A stretch of DNA of 64,000 nt from Candidatus Saccharimonadota bacterium (GTDB taxonomy: Bacteria; Patescibacteriota; Saccharimonadia; Saccharimonadales; SZUA-47), in NCBI GenBank assembly GCA_016700315.1, contig CP065013.1, positions 1,449-65,448 of the forward strand, read 5' to 3'. A model generated the notes under the pieces. It was not told the DNA's origin and did not search any database. It saw only the letters and a program-made list of their open reading frames with translations. Every line of letters begins with the position of its first letter. Position 1 is the first letter of the stretch. The position numbers and the translations under genes are program-made. Shown piece after piece: positions 48,754 to 57,638 of the stretch.

Positions 48754-49146
48754 TTAAGGTGCTACGGCCACAGGAGTTGCGGATACGAGCTTTGATGCGG
48801 CTTGACTTGATTTGATAGACTCAATTGACTGCAAACGAGCGGAGCTTAGCTCCAGGTTTTGTTTCTCGTCCTTAAGATCGGCTTGCTTCTTTTGAAGCGA
48901 ATTTATCTTATAGCTAAGTGAGTTTGTGTGCGTTACCTGAGTAAGATACAGCATGCCAAGTAAACAAACAAGCACAACCAAAACTATGCTGTTTGTGACT
49001 GGGCCCATACGCCGATCTTCGCGCACAAAAGTAACTGTGTTCTGTCCCTTATGCGAAAACCGTGCCCTACTCATGGTAACTGATGCTGAATACGTCATAT
49101 TAGTCGTTAGTATTGCCAACTGTTTTTTAGACAGCAGCTCTACCAA
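48754..49146 (-). CDS. FtsL-like small division protein
   Basis: A TM helix followed by the coiled coil 'LQKKQADLKDEKQNLELSSARLQS'. It sits between rsmH and ftsI. Confidence 0.5.
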   Translation of the reverse strand: MVELLSKKQLAILTTNMTYSASVTMSRARFSHKGQNTVTFVREDRRMGPVTNSIVLVVLVCLLGMLYLTQVTHTNSLSYKINSLQKKQADLKDEKQNLELSSARLQSIESIKSSQAASKLVSATPVAVAP

Positions 49147-49282
49147 CTTAATTCCTTTTTATTTTTGTTTTTTGGAAGGATGCTCTCTATTTTGGAGAGC
49201 ATCCTTTTTGCGCAAAAGTCAGGCTACCCGAACTTTTACTTTATAACTGCGGGAGTCGCTTTTTACCTTGATTGGCATAAGT

Positions 49283-50152
49283 TTATTCCCTTTCTTTTGT
49301 TTTTATTTTCACTACGGCTCGCAGTTTTGCACTACGGGCACGCGGGTTTGAAACTAATTCATTTTTGTCGGCCACAATCGGATGCTTAGTCAAATCAATA
49401 AATTCCGATTCGTAGCCAGGCTCGCACACACTTTTGAACGCGTTTTTCACTATTCTGTCTTCCAGACTGTGAAAAGTGATTACAGCCAAACGACCGCCAG
49501 GACTTAATAGCTTCAGCCAAAGTGGCAAAGCTTCGCTCAAAAGCCCCAACTCGTTGTTTACGACAATTCGAAGAGCCTGAAAAGTCTTGGTTGCCGGATG
49601 GCGCTTTGACCAGCCGCGGTACGCTGAAGCTACAACTTCCGCAAGATTAGCCGTATCGTCTATAGGCCTAGCCTCAACTATTTTTCTAGCAATCAATCTA
49701 GACTTAGGCTCCTCACCATATTCATAGATAATATCTGCCAGCTCGGTTTCATCGTATTCATTAACGATTTTTGCGGCGGTCAGCTCAGCCCTTTGGTCCA
49801 TGCGCATATCAAGCGGTGCTGGACTTTTGAAGCTGAAACCACGTTCTTTGTTGTCAAGGTGCGGGCTCGAAACTCCGAGATCAGCCAAAATCACATCAAA
49901 CTTCTTGCCCTCGTCTACTAAATTTTTTGAAGCTTCCAAAAAATCAGTATGGAGGAGCTTGCACCCTTGCGCGCTGAACAAACCGCTCAACACGACTTGA
50001 GCGTTTTTGTCGCGGTCAACAAGATACGCTTCTTCGTAGTTCCCTGTGGCAGTAAGCACCATTGCCGCATGTCCGCCGTAACCGGCAGTCATATCAACAT
50101 ATGATTCCCCTGCTTTAGGAGCTAGAATCCGCATAACCTCTGCCGCAAGCAC
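49283..50152 (-). CDS. rsmH: 16S rRNA (cytosine1402-N4)-methyltransferase
   Basis: 'YVDMTAGYGGHA', 'DLGVSSPHLD', 'ITFHSLEDRIVK'. The in-frame 'HIPVL' just upstream of the GTG start suggests the true start may be a few codons earlier. Confidence 0.9.
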   Translation of the reverse strand: MLAAEVMRILAPKAGESYVDMTAGYGGHAAMVLTATGNYEEAYLVDRDKNAQVVLSGLFSAQGCKLLHTDFLEASKNLVDEGKKFDVILADLGVSSPHLDNKERGFSFKSPAPLDMRMDQRAELTAAKIVNEYDETELADIIYEYGEEPKSRLIARKIVEARPIDDTANLAEVVASAYRGWSKRHPATKTFQALRIVVNNELGLLSEALPLWLKLLSPGGRLAVITFHSLEDRIVKNAFKSVCEPGYESEFIDLTKHPIVADKNELVSNPRARSAKLRAVVKIKTKERE

Positions 50153-50598
50153 AGGTATGTGATTTTGTTGGCTCGTATCGAACCTTTTTTGCCTCAGCTA
50201 CTGAGGCTTATTGCCTACTCACGAAAGTAGACAAATTATTTGTTTTTGTTTTGGTGTTTGTTTTATGACAAGGTCACCGAATTAGCAATCAACTTTTTAT
50301 TTTTGGTTCGTTTTTGTTTTTGTTTGTTTCAAGTAAGAATTTATTGAAGCTTTTTTGTTTAGATTTAAAAAATCTTAGTAATGCTTCTTTCCTGCTTAAA
50401 ACATTGAGAGACTTATGTGAGGTGGAGTTTTGGGAGGTGTTTTTTTAAGAAATGTGCGAAGGGTTTAGCGTGTTTACCTTAAAAACCACGTGTTGATTGC
50501 CAATTCGGTACTCTCATCGCATGTCGCTTGAGTTTTCCTAAATTGGCTAGTCGCGGAGAGTAGTTTTATCAACTACTATCTACCAAATTTTTAAAGTG

Positions 50599-50967
50599 CT
50601 ACTTAGCCATTATTCGCCAATATCGGTTCTTGTTACCGATAGCGATAGCTTTTATATCCTTGTCAATTCCAGCATAAGCCAAGTGGTGCTGTTCCAGCGT
50701 GACACGGCCCTGCTTGTCATCCAAAACGGCTTCGACCTTTCCCGTCCTAAATTGGACGTTTAGATCAGCAATCCGCTCATCAAGGATATCTCCGTCAAGG
50801 GTTGGCTCAACTAGTTTATCCCACACACCTTTTGGGTAAAGGTGCAGGTACTGGCCGAAGCCTCGGGTAACAACAACTCCACCGGCCAACTCCTCGCGGA
50901 GATCTGCCGGAATCGTCAAACGACGTTTGTCGTCTAACTTACGTTCGAAGTAATCTACCCTGCCCAT
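50599..50967 (-). CDS. mraZ: Transcriptional regulator MraZ (short form)
   Basis: 'LDDKRRLTIPADLREEL' and a second 'DKQGRVTLEQHH' half-repeat (SpoVT/AbrB-like). Confidence 0.8.
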   Translation of the reverse strand: MGRVDYFERKLDDKRRLTIPADLREELAGGVVVTRGFGQYLHLYPKGVWDKLVEPTLDGDILDERIADLNVQFRTGKVEAVLDDKQGRVTLEQHHLAYAGIDKDIKAIAIGNKNRYWRIMAK

Positions 50968-51028
50968 ATGTTTTTTAATCAGTGGTTTTTATTTTTGGTA
51001 GGTCAGCTATTTTGGCTACCTACATTTA

Positions 51029-51064
51029 CCCACTAACATGAGTCTACAACCCACACACACCCAC
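51029..51064 (-). promoter_or_regulatory. Candidate MraZ operator: three GTGGG boxes upstream of mraZ
   Basis: On the minus strand, GTGGG occurs at 51064-51060, 51054-51050 and 51033-51029, spaced 10 and 21 nt apart, 60-100 nt upstream of the mraZ ATG. MraZ in model bacteria binds phased GTGGG/TGGGN direct repeats. Confidence 0.45.
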
Positions 51065-51083
51065 AATCAAGTACTTTTTAAGT

Positions 51084-51108
51084 AAAAACCGCTCCTTTAT
51101 GAGCGGTT
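51084..51108 (-). terminator. Rho-independent terminator after the LysM-like gene
   Basis: The minus strand reads AACCGCTC-ATAAAG-GAGCGGTT followed by TTTAC. Confidence 0.5.
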
Positions 51109-51175
51109 ATCCACAGTACTAATTTTTTTATGTTACTTATACACAACATGTAGCGTAGTTTGTTCTTACCGGACA

Positions 51176-51601
51176 CTACGAGTTTTGTGTAGGATTTTTT
51201 GGGCCATCGATAAGTTTTATCGGCTGACCTGGATAAATTTCGCTACCGCCATTCATCTTCACCACATCGTAAACTGTTTCGCCAAGAGTTTTTCCAGCTG
51301 GGCTACCTTCTTTTGACTGGAGTTCCCACAGACTATCACCTTCTTCAGCAATTACCACTGTAGTAGCTGGCGGTGCTTCAGGCGAAGATGAATCACTTAC
51401 AAGGCTTTTTATTCCAGCTCCTGCGAGCATCAATGCAGAAAATCCTACTAAGGCAGATGTCACCCTACGCCTATTGTAGTTAGGTACGCTAAGTTTATCT
51501 TTTGAACGAGGTATTGGAGTTTCGCCCACCTTTCGCATACTGCCATCAGGATGGGTGGTAAAAGGATTTCGTTTGTTGTTATTGCGTGAATGCTTGGACA
51601 T
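51176..51601 (-). CDS. Small membrane-anchored protein with a C-terminal LysM-like domain
   Basis: TM 'ALVGFSALMLAGAGI', then 'VVIAEEGDSLWEL...VVKMNG.SEIYPGQPIKL' (LysM-like pattern). Confidence 0.5.
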   Translation of the reverse strand: MSKHSRNNNKRNPFTTHPDGSMRKVGETPIPRSKDKLSVPNYNRRRVTSALVGFSALMLAGAGIKSLVSDSSSPEAPPATTVVIAEEGDSLWELQSKEGSPAGKTLGETVYDVVKMNGGSEIYPGQPIKLIDGPKNPTQNS

Positions 51602-51658
51602 ATATTTAACTATAGCAAAAGCTTATGCTTTTGTCAATAAGCTTAAATAGTTTGCTAA

Positions 51659-52921
51659 TCACTTCTCTCTTGAGGCGGCTATTTCTTTAGCCCACCACAG
51701 GGCGCTTGGTCTAATCGTACGTTTCATGGTCTTGCGATCAACATGCACCAAGCCAAATTCTGGCCACCAACCATACTTCCATTCAAAGTTATCAAGTAGA
51801 CTCCAGTGGAAGTAACCGGCTACATCTATTCCTTCGCTGAGGGCGCGGTTTAGCGCAATCATCGTTTCTTGTAACCACCACTGCCTGTACTCATCCCGCG
51901 AATCAGCTACTCCGTTTTCAGTAATATAGATTGGTTTCTTGAAGTGAGCCCAAGCCCGTAATACGAGAGGATAAAGCCCTTCAGGCTCCATGTACCACCC
52001 CAGATCGTTCAGTGGTGTTTTGGGGTTAGCTCGCCAGAAACCTTTGTAATAATCACTAAAATAGTAATTTATGCCTACGAAGTCTTGACTGCGGCGTATT
52101 CTGCGCAAAAACCACCAGTTCCATGAATACCTCATCCATTTAGTAGTGACAACGTCAATCAGGTTATGGGGGCGTTTCGACTGTATGTTGGCCATCTGAT
52201 GAGCGATACCAATTTTTATATTCGGATACTTGTCTTTGATGATCCGATACGCTCGGCGATGCGCACGAACTAAGTTGTAGTAGACTTTAACCAACTCAAG
52301 CGGATTTTTGTGCTGTGGTACCCACTCACCAGTCATATAGCTAAAACTAGCGTAGACGTTTGGCTCGTTAATTGTCAGAATATGTCGGACGTGTTCTAGA
52401 TCCAGCTCTTCGCAGATTTTAGCAACGTAGCGGTCCCAATATTTCAGGTTGGACCTTTTAGTAAAACCACCTTTTTCGGCAAACCAAACAGGCACAGTCC
52501 AGTGCCAGATGTTCAAGAATGGCTCAAGACCTGATCTGCGCATTTCCGCCACATAGGCTTTGTAGTGATCCCAAGCCTTTTTGTTCCAAACGCCTTCTTC
52601 TGGTTCTACCCTGCTCCATTCAATACCAAAACGAAAAGCGTTTAAGTTGAGCTCACGAGCCAAGCTAAAATCTTCAGAATACCGCTTGATATGCTCAATT
52701 CCACGGCCGCAAATATAGTTCGCCGGGCTTTCTGCCTTGTGTTTTACATGGTCCCAAGCTGGTACCCAGCCAAGTCGCTTCTCTGCGGTTTTAGCTAGCT
52801 CAGAAGCGTGCTCTAGCTCCCAAACCGACCACTGATTGACATTACCGCCTTCTACTTGATAGCTACAGGTACTGCCACCCCAGTAAAAGTTTTTAGGAAA
52901 GTAATTTTTGTGTTGATCCAT
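51659..52921 (-). CDS. GH1 beta-glucosidase
   Basis: 'FYWGGSTCSYQVEGG', 'AFRFGIEWSRVEP', 'TINEPN' (acid/base), 'YITENG' (nucleophile), 'HWSLLDNFEW'. Confidence 0.92.
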   Translation of the reverse strand: MDQHKNYFPKNFYWGGSTCSYQVEGGNVNQWSVWELEHASELAKTAEKRLGWVPAWDHVKHKAESPANYICGRGIEHIKRYSEDFSLARELNLNAFRFGIEWSRVEPEEGVWNKKAWDHYKAYVAEMRRSGLEPFLNIWHWTVPVWFAEKGGFTKRSNLKYWDRYVAKICEELDLEHVRHILTINEPNVYASFSYMTGEWVPQHKNPLELVKVYYNLVRAHRRAYRIIKDKYPNIKIGIAHQMANIQSKRPHNLIDVVTTKWMRYSWNWWFLRRIRRSQDFVGINYYFSDYYKGFWRANPKTPLNDLGWYMEPEGLYPLVLRAWAHFKKPIYITENGVADSRDEYRQWWLQETMIALNRALSEGIDVAGYFHWSLLDNFEWKYGWWPEFGLVHVDRKTMKRTIRPSALWWAKEIAASREK

Positions 52922-52959
52922 ACCTTAAGCTAATTTTAGCATAAGCTAAAATAAAAACT

Positions 52960-52987
52960 CTAAGTCCTAAATTTTAAATCCTAAAAA
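52960..52987. repeat. Short heptanucleotide array (CTAAGTC/CTAAATT/TTAAATC/CTAAAAA)
   Basis: Four in-phase units. Same word family as 20411-20442. Confidence 0.6.
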
Positions 52988-53030
52988 AAATCAAAATTAA
53001 TGCTAAGCTTTTCTGTTCTTCTTACGCAAA

Positions 53031-54112
53031 CATCAGACCAAACCGACAGTTACGACGATCACCGAAGCTCTAACCTCTCACCTCGGGACGCACGCCCAGG
53101 TCGCCACCACGAAGGCCGACACCGCTGCGGCTCAAGTACACCCGACCGCGGCCAGGATCCCAGTCGACGGCGAGCCCGTCCGCACCATTGTTTATGGTAC
53201 CTTCAGCCCATGACCAGTTGTAGGTGATGCCTATCTTGCCATCAATAGGATCTTGTTTGTTGAATTGTCTCATAGCATGGATAGTAAGTAGCGTTTCAGC
53301 CTTAGGGTTGGTGATTGTATATATGTCTGGGTCAGTGTTGCTATTGTCTGGACCAGTTGGCAATTTGTCTAGAATGTCACGAAGGTTTTCAGGGATAGAT
53401 CTGTCAGCTGCGGTGCCATTGTGGGCAACATTGGGGACTGGGACTTTACTACTGACTGGTACAACACTGACTTGCCACTGTGGGGCATTAGGATTAGTGT
53501 CTATGACACTAATCCATTGTGTAGCAACTTCATTGTTTATCCATAATCCATCACCATCTGCTAGGTTATGGAGCTTGTGCGCAGAGTCGGGATGATTGGT
53601 GTCTTGCCAAGCCCTTAGTCCTGAGAATAAGGCTCGCCAGCTTCCTGGTGTGTAGTTACCATCTGCGAGCTTCTCCCCAAGTGGCCGATTGATGGGAGTA
53701 AACACCAATTGTGAAGGTATATTCAGTTCTTCATAGGCTTTAGTAGCCTCAAGAAGTCGTTGCCAGTTGGTGTTAGCAAACTCTGGGCTGTCTAGATTAG
53801 GTATATCACTGAAGACGTGGCCTGTTTCTTCTATCATCCTACCCATTTGATGATGGGTTTGTTTTACTAATTCTGCAAAAGCTCTACCTTCAGGAGATGA
53901 TGACAGCGAGTCAAGACTGCCGTTGTTAGTAGAGTCAGAACCCATACGCTCAACAGGAGCAAGTGAAGGAAGTCCAAGATTACCAAGAGCAATTAGTGTT
54001 GCCTGAGTAGCTTCTACTCCTTGACCTACAGAGCCTCGAGCTTCTGGGCTTGCCATAGCACCAAGATTAACTAGTGCTTCGACTTGTTCAGGGGTGAGGG
54101 GTTTAGGCATGA
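53031..54112. repeat. Left arm of the ~1.08-kb inverted repeat (partner 57629-58710)
   Basis: The encoded proteins are identical for 294 aa. The arms share the last 2 codons plus stop of the upstream gene (GCC TAA) and about 40 nt beyond the stop codon. Confidence 0.9.
53070..54110 (-). CDS. Unknown-function protein, copy A, with a DGR-type variable C-terminus
   Basis: The start ATG overlaps the vWA gene stop (ATGCCTAA). The GC-rich C-terminus is 'WSWAEGT..NGADGLAV.W.P..GRV.L....VGLRG..LGVRPEVRG'. I prefer the start at 54110 (MPKPL). Confidence 0.75.
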   Translation of the reverse strand: MPKPLTPEQVEALVNLGAMASPEARGSVGQGVEATQATLIALGNLGLPSLAPVERMGSDSTNNGSLDSLSSSPEGRAFAELVKQTHHQMGRMIEETGHVFSDIPNLDSPEFANTNWQRLLEATKAYEELNIPSQLVFTPINRPLGEKLADGNYTPGSWRALFSGLRAWQDTNHPDSAHKLHNLADGDGLWINNEVATQWISVIDTNPNAPQWQVSVVPVSSKVPVPNVAHNGTAADRSIPENLRDILDKLPTGPDNSNTDPDIYTITNPKAETLLTIHAMRQFNKQDPIDGKIGITYNWSWAEGTINNGADGLAVDWDPGRGRVYLSRSGVGLRGGDLGVRPEVRG

Positions 54113-56061
54113 GAGCTACTCCTAAGCACATCAATTAGTTCTGGCATAATTCCGAGCAGAAAGTTAGGAAGATCTTTGGCATTAGCAATATTAATACGCT
54201 TACTATTTTCAGATAAAGATCCGACTTCGGCATTGCCGAAAACACACTGTAGTATCGTCGCACCTTCTTGCTCAAGACGTGTGGCCTGCTTTTGGGCGGC
54301 ACTTAAATCATGGAACTGCCCATCGCTCAGGATAACTACTAGTGTCAAACGCCTTCCAGCAGGTTCAACTTTTTCAAGTGCCCCCGAAACAATAGTACTG
54401 TTAGAGTTTGGGTGAGCAAGAGATTTATACATTTTTCCTAGACTAGCGTTATCCGGCATATCGTTGAGCGGACAAAGTATCTCGTCGCCTGCGCCAAAAG
54501 CCTGAATTTGTATTCGAATCGGCGGCTCATCGGCATAGACTTCGAGCCCAGCAAGCTGTACACCTTGCGAAAGAGTAACCGCACTGGCCGTTGCTTGAAT
54601 AGCTTTATCGCCGGCCATGCTTCTGCTAACATCGCACATAAATATAAAATCTGCACCATCAAACTCATGCTCAATATTCTCTTTTTTCTCAGAAGACTTC
54701 CAAACATCCGGATATGGGTTGTTCGAGCCGCCTGCTAGGTAGCCCAGGAGTTTTCCGATATGCACCCGATGTCCACGAGCAGCCACTTCTCGACTTGGTG
54801 CAAGGAACTCGTTTTGCCTATCACGTCTCAGCATCCTGATCATATCTGCTATGGCGTTTATTTCTGCGGAGTAGAGCGTTGATAGTCTCATAAATCCGTC
54901 AAAATCATTATCAGACAGACCGAGCTCCTTTTTGAGCTGAGCTATTTGTTCTGGACTTAACTGGCTTTGCTGCTTCTGGTCTTGCTTAGCGTTTTTGGCA
55001 TCGTTGATTGAAGAAATAATCTCACCACCTATTTTTTTGGCAACCTCTTTTATTGCTTCACCAATGTCACCTGGGGATCCGGGCTGATTGTTTTTTGTAC
55101 CAGATTCTTCACCTAACTTTTCTTCACTGCTATGCTCGCCGTGCTTACAGCCACCGGATTTTGAATAGTCAAATGGATTCTCAATTTGATCGCCCTCTGC
55201 TTGCTTATTCTGTTGAGGTCCTGCTTGTCCGCCACCTTCTCCTTGGCCATTTTGTGGAGTCTGTTGTTTGTGATCGCGCAAATCTTCCTCAAATAACTCA
55301 TCATACAAAGCTTTAATATATGCATATACTCTGTTGTAATCAGAGTATTCTGCGCCATACTCACGAAGTTGCCCCAGAAGATTATAATTCTTACCCGACT
55401 GCCCGAAATGAACAATTTTCGCTAGAGCACTTAAAACAGCATCGTTCAAACCCACTAAGCCCGCTTCTTCAATATATTCGCCAATTTCTATTGGGTCTCT
55501 CAGGCTATGTATACCAGTTGTCATAGCAAGAACGAGCATACTGTCCATAAATTGTTGGTGCCGTGGTAGCTGGGCTATACCGGCACGCTTGTCCAGTGGA
55601 TATAGGTAGTCATCGTACGACAGTTTTGTAATATTAGTTATATAACGAGTTTTTCGAGCATTGTCATAATTGATAGCTGTGTCTTCGGTAATATTACTAA
55701 AGTATGCTTCTTCTTTCGGCATTACCTTAGTAGGTCTCTGATGTTTAAATCGTTTTGCATGCCCGACTTCATGTAAAACATTGAACCCTAAAAAAGCTAG
55801 CCTATTCTCCTCAGATGCAAGCAGTACGAGCGGTAAGCTGATCTGAATGTCTATTTTTCCAGAAACAGTATTATAGGTTGTAACAGATGTATCGATGCCG
55901 TCTACTACCCGGACATCAGCTGTTACGTTTTCTGCAGCCAAAGTTGCATCAACAGCATCAGAAAAGTCCCTGGTAAAGTCGGCCACATCGTCCCCTATAG
56001 CAAGCTCACCTGTATAAGTCGGTGTAGTGGCTACTTCTCTTCTCTCAAACACAGCCGTCAT
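54103..56061 (-). CDS. vWA-domain protein with an N-terminal HExxH metallopeptidase-like domain
   Basis: 'NVLHEVGHAKRF' (HExxH), an acidic/Gln-rich linker, and a C-terminal vWA with MIDAS 'DVSRSM' and 'VVILSDGQ'. I prefer Met at 56061 because a TGCTATAAT promoter lies inside the longer ORF. Confidence 0.75.
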   Translation of the reverse strand: MTAVFERREVATTPTYTGELAIGDDVADFTRDFSDAVDATLAAENVTADVRVVDGIDTSVTTYNTVSGKIDIQISLPLVLLASEENRLAFLGFNVLHEVGHAKRFKHQRPTKVMPKEEAYFSNITEDTAINYDNARKTRYITNITKLSYDDYLYPLDKRAGIAQLPRHQQFMDSMLVLAMTTGIHSLRDPIEIGEYIEEAGLVGLNDAVLSALAKIVHFGQSGKNYNLLGQLREYGAEYSDYNRVYAYIKALYDELFEEDLRDHKQQTPQNGQGEGGGQAGPQQNKQAEGDQIENPFDYSKSGGCKHGEHSSEEKLGEESGTKNNQPGSPGDIGEAIKEVAKKIGGEIISSINDAKNAKQDQKQQSQLSPEQIAQLKKELGLSDNDFDGFMRLSTLYSAEINAIADMIRMLRRDRQNEFLAPSREVAARGHRVHIGKLLGYLAGGSNNPYPDVWKSSEKKENIEHEFDGADFIFMCDVSRSMAGDKAIQATASAVTLSQGVQLAGLEVYADEPPIRIQIQAFGAGDEILCPLNDMPDNASLGKMYKSLAHPNSNSTIVSGALEKVEPAGRRLTLVVILSDGQFHDLSAAQKQATRLEQEGATILQCVFGNAEVGSLSENSKRINIANAKDLPNFLLGIMPELIDVLRSSSHA

Positions 56062-56067
56062 GATTGT

Positions 56068-56076
56068 ATTATAGCA
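56068..56076 (-). promoter_or_regulatory. Extended -10 (TGCTATAAT) 6 nt upstream of the vWA ATG; implies a leaderless mRNA
   Basis: The minus strand reads TGCTATAAT ACAATC ATG. Confidence 0.45.
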
Positions 56077-56104
56077 TGAAAATATAGACATTTCAAACTT
56101 ATTG

Positions 56105-56113
56105 TGTTATACT
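56105..56113 (+). promoter_or_regulatory. Extended -10 (TGTTATACT) 7 nt upstream of the AAA+ ATG; implies a leaderless mRNA
   Basis: The plus strand reads TGTTATACT TAGTGCT ATG. Confidence 0.4.
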
Positions 56114-56120
56114 TAGTGCT

Positions 56121-57638
56121 ATGAGTGAAGTTGAACGGAGCTTTGAGTCATTAGTTGTCCCAACTGGTAATTCTCCTTTGGTTGCCTGTATGGGTGCGAA
56201 TGCCTGTCGTCGTGTTTGCCAGTTTGTAGATAGTGGCAGAACAATAGCAACAGCGGACCCATCGTGGGGTCTACCAGGTGAAAGGTCTTGTGAAATATTA
56301 GACAATATAGAGAACCAAGATCCTACTATCGCAGAAGAGCTACTTGACGCGACGACACTACCTGTTATTGACGGTTTTACGCCCAGCCAAGCAGTTGAAA
56401 AGGCTGGTGGATACCTAAAGCATTTGAGCGACGACAAAGGAGCATTTGAGGATTATATTAAAACCATTCTTAAAGCGGATAAGCTTCCCAGGTCGATAGT
56501 CGCTCTAGCTAAAAAAAAGTATGATTCAGCTAAATCTCACCCAACTAACGAGACCGAACAACATACCGATGAAGTTAGAGCTACCATAGCCGGTTTTGAA
56601 TCAGTCCTTAGAGGATTCTTTGACCGTACAGTCCTTGATGAGCACGGAGTGGTATTGGATGCCAACATAAAAGAAGTTATTGTTGAAGCGGCACGTCAGT
56701 TTGCTGTAGGCCACCATATCAGGTTGGTCGGGGAGCCAGGAGTCGCAAAGACCAGTGTGGCCAAGTTTATTGGACGCATAAATGCACGCGCTAATCATCC
56801 TGACCTAGAAGAAACAGATCTAGAGCCCATTTTGATATCATTCTCTTCAACATCAGAGGCCGAAGCTCAATTAGTACAGCAAACCTTTGAAGACGGCACT
56901 CTCGGAGAGGCACCCGCCAAACTTGCTGAAGCCGCAAGAAAAGGTATAGCTGTAATCTTTGACGAAGATAATGCACTGACAGCTGATCAGAAAATATTCT
57001 TCAACGACCTACTACTGAAGAAACCCGGACAAACCATAACGGTTGCTGGTGAAGTTATTACTATCCAACCTGGATTCAGTGTCATAGCCACGCGTAATGC
57101 AATGACCGATACGCAGGGAAATCGTCGTCAGGGACGCCAACAACAAGATAGCGCTGGTGACGCACGACTAAGTCGTATTGATGTGCCGCTTCCTTACCAG
57201 AGTTCAACTGGTTCAGATGCGTATGAAACTACTAGACGAGGTGATGAGACAATCGGAAGATTATTTTTTGCTCGATACGTAGATAATTTCGGCTGGAAAC
57301 TACCAAGTGCTGACATCATGAACTTATTTACTGATGTAAAGCAGCTCGTAGCTAAGCTTGTCGTTAAAGCTACTGAGCCTCCTGTTAATGTCGTCGGTAG
57401 TGGCGTATCGGCACAAGCCCGACCAGAACTTGCAGGCTGTCTATCGCCAAGGGAGCTAGATAGGATACTAGAAGTAACCTTTACGCATAGCAACTCCGAC
57501 CAAGTCGCGAAAAACACTCGTATAGCGATTCGAAATGCTGTGCAGCAGATAGTTAATTCTGACAACGGACACTACGTTAGCCCCGCAGCTAAAAAAGCTG
57601 TTGATAAGTTACTAAAAGATGGACATTTCAATGCCTAA
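56121..57638 (+). CDS. AAA+ ATPase, MoxR/AAA_5 class (CbbQ/NorQ-like), with a ~190-aa N-terminal extension
   Basis: Walker A 'GEPGVAKTS', Walker B 'AVIFDEDN', and 'FSVIATRN' sensor-1 region. It is divergently paired with a vWA protein, as in CbbQ/CbbO and NorQ/NorD. Confidence 0.75.
   Translation: MSEVERSFESLVVPTGNSPLVACMGANACRRVCQFVDSGRTIATADPSWGLPGERSCEILDNIENQDPTIAEELLDATTLPVIDGFTPSQAVEKAGGYLKHLSDDKGAFEDYIKTILKADKLPRSIVALAKKKYDSAKSHPTNETEQHTDEVRATIAGFESVLRGFFDRTVLDEHGVVLDANIKEVIVEAARQFAVGHHIRLVGEPGVAKTSVAKFIGRINARANHPDLEETDLEPILISFSSTSEAEAQLVQQTFEDGTLGEAPAKLAEAARKGIAVIFDEDNALTADQKIFFNDLLLKKPGQTITVAGEVITIQPGFSVIATRNAMTDTQGNRRQGRQQQDSAGDARLSRIDVPLPYQSSTGSDAYETTRRGDETIGRLFFARYVDNFGWKLPSADIMNLFTDVKQLVAKLVVKATEPPVNVVGSGVSAQARPELAGCLSPRELDRILEVTFTHSNSDQVAKNTRIAIRNAVQQIVNSDNGHYVSPAAKKAVDKLLKDGHFNA

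Noticed and set aside
51107-51115. Perfect DnaA-box 9-mers TTATCCACA at 51107-51115 and 63180-63188, considered as a hint of oriC.
   Set aside because: These are two isolated boxes 12 kb apart with no clustering, no adjacent AT-rich unwinding element and no dnaA/dnaN. That is roughly compatible with chance in 128 kb of two-strand sequence.
53085-53222. Considered one of the two copies as the DGR template repeat for the other.
   Set aside because: Several mismatched positions have no adenine in either copy (g/c, g/t, c/t, t/g), which is incompatible with A-specific mutagenesis from either one. Both copies also lie inside intact ORFs.
53000-53227. ORFs 53000-53227 (+) and 58493-58723 (-), and the pair 53224-53595 (+) / 58146-58547 (-).
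   Set aside because: They are antisense shadows of the duplicated gene. They are duplicated only because of the inverted repeat, and they stay open because of GC-rich, stop-poor sequence.
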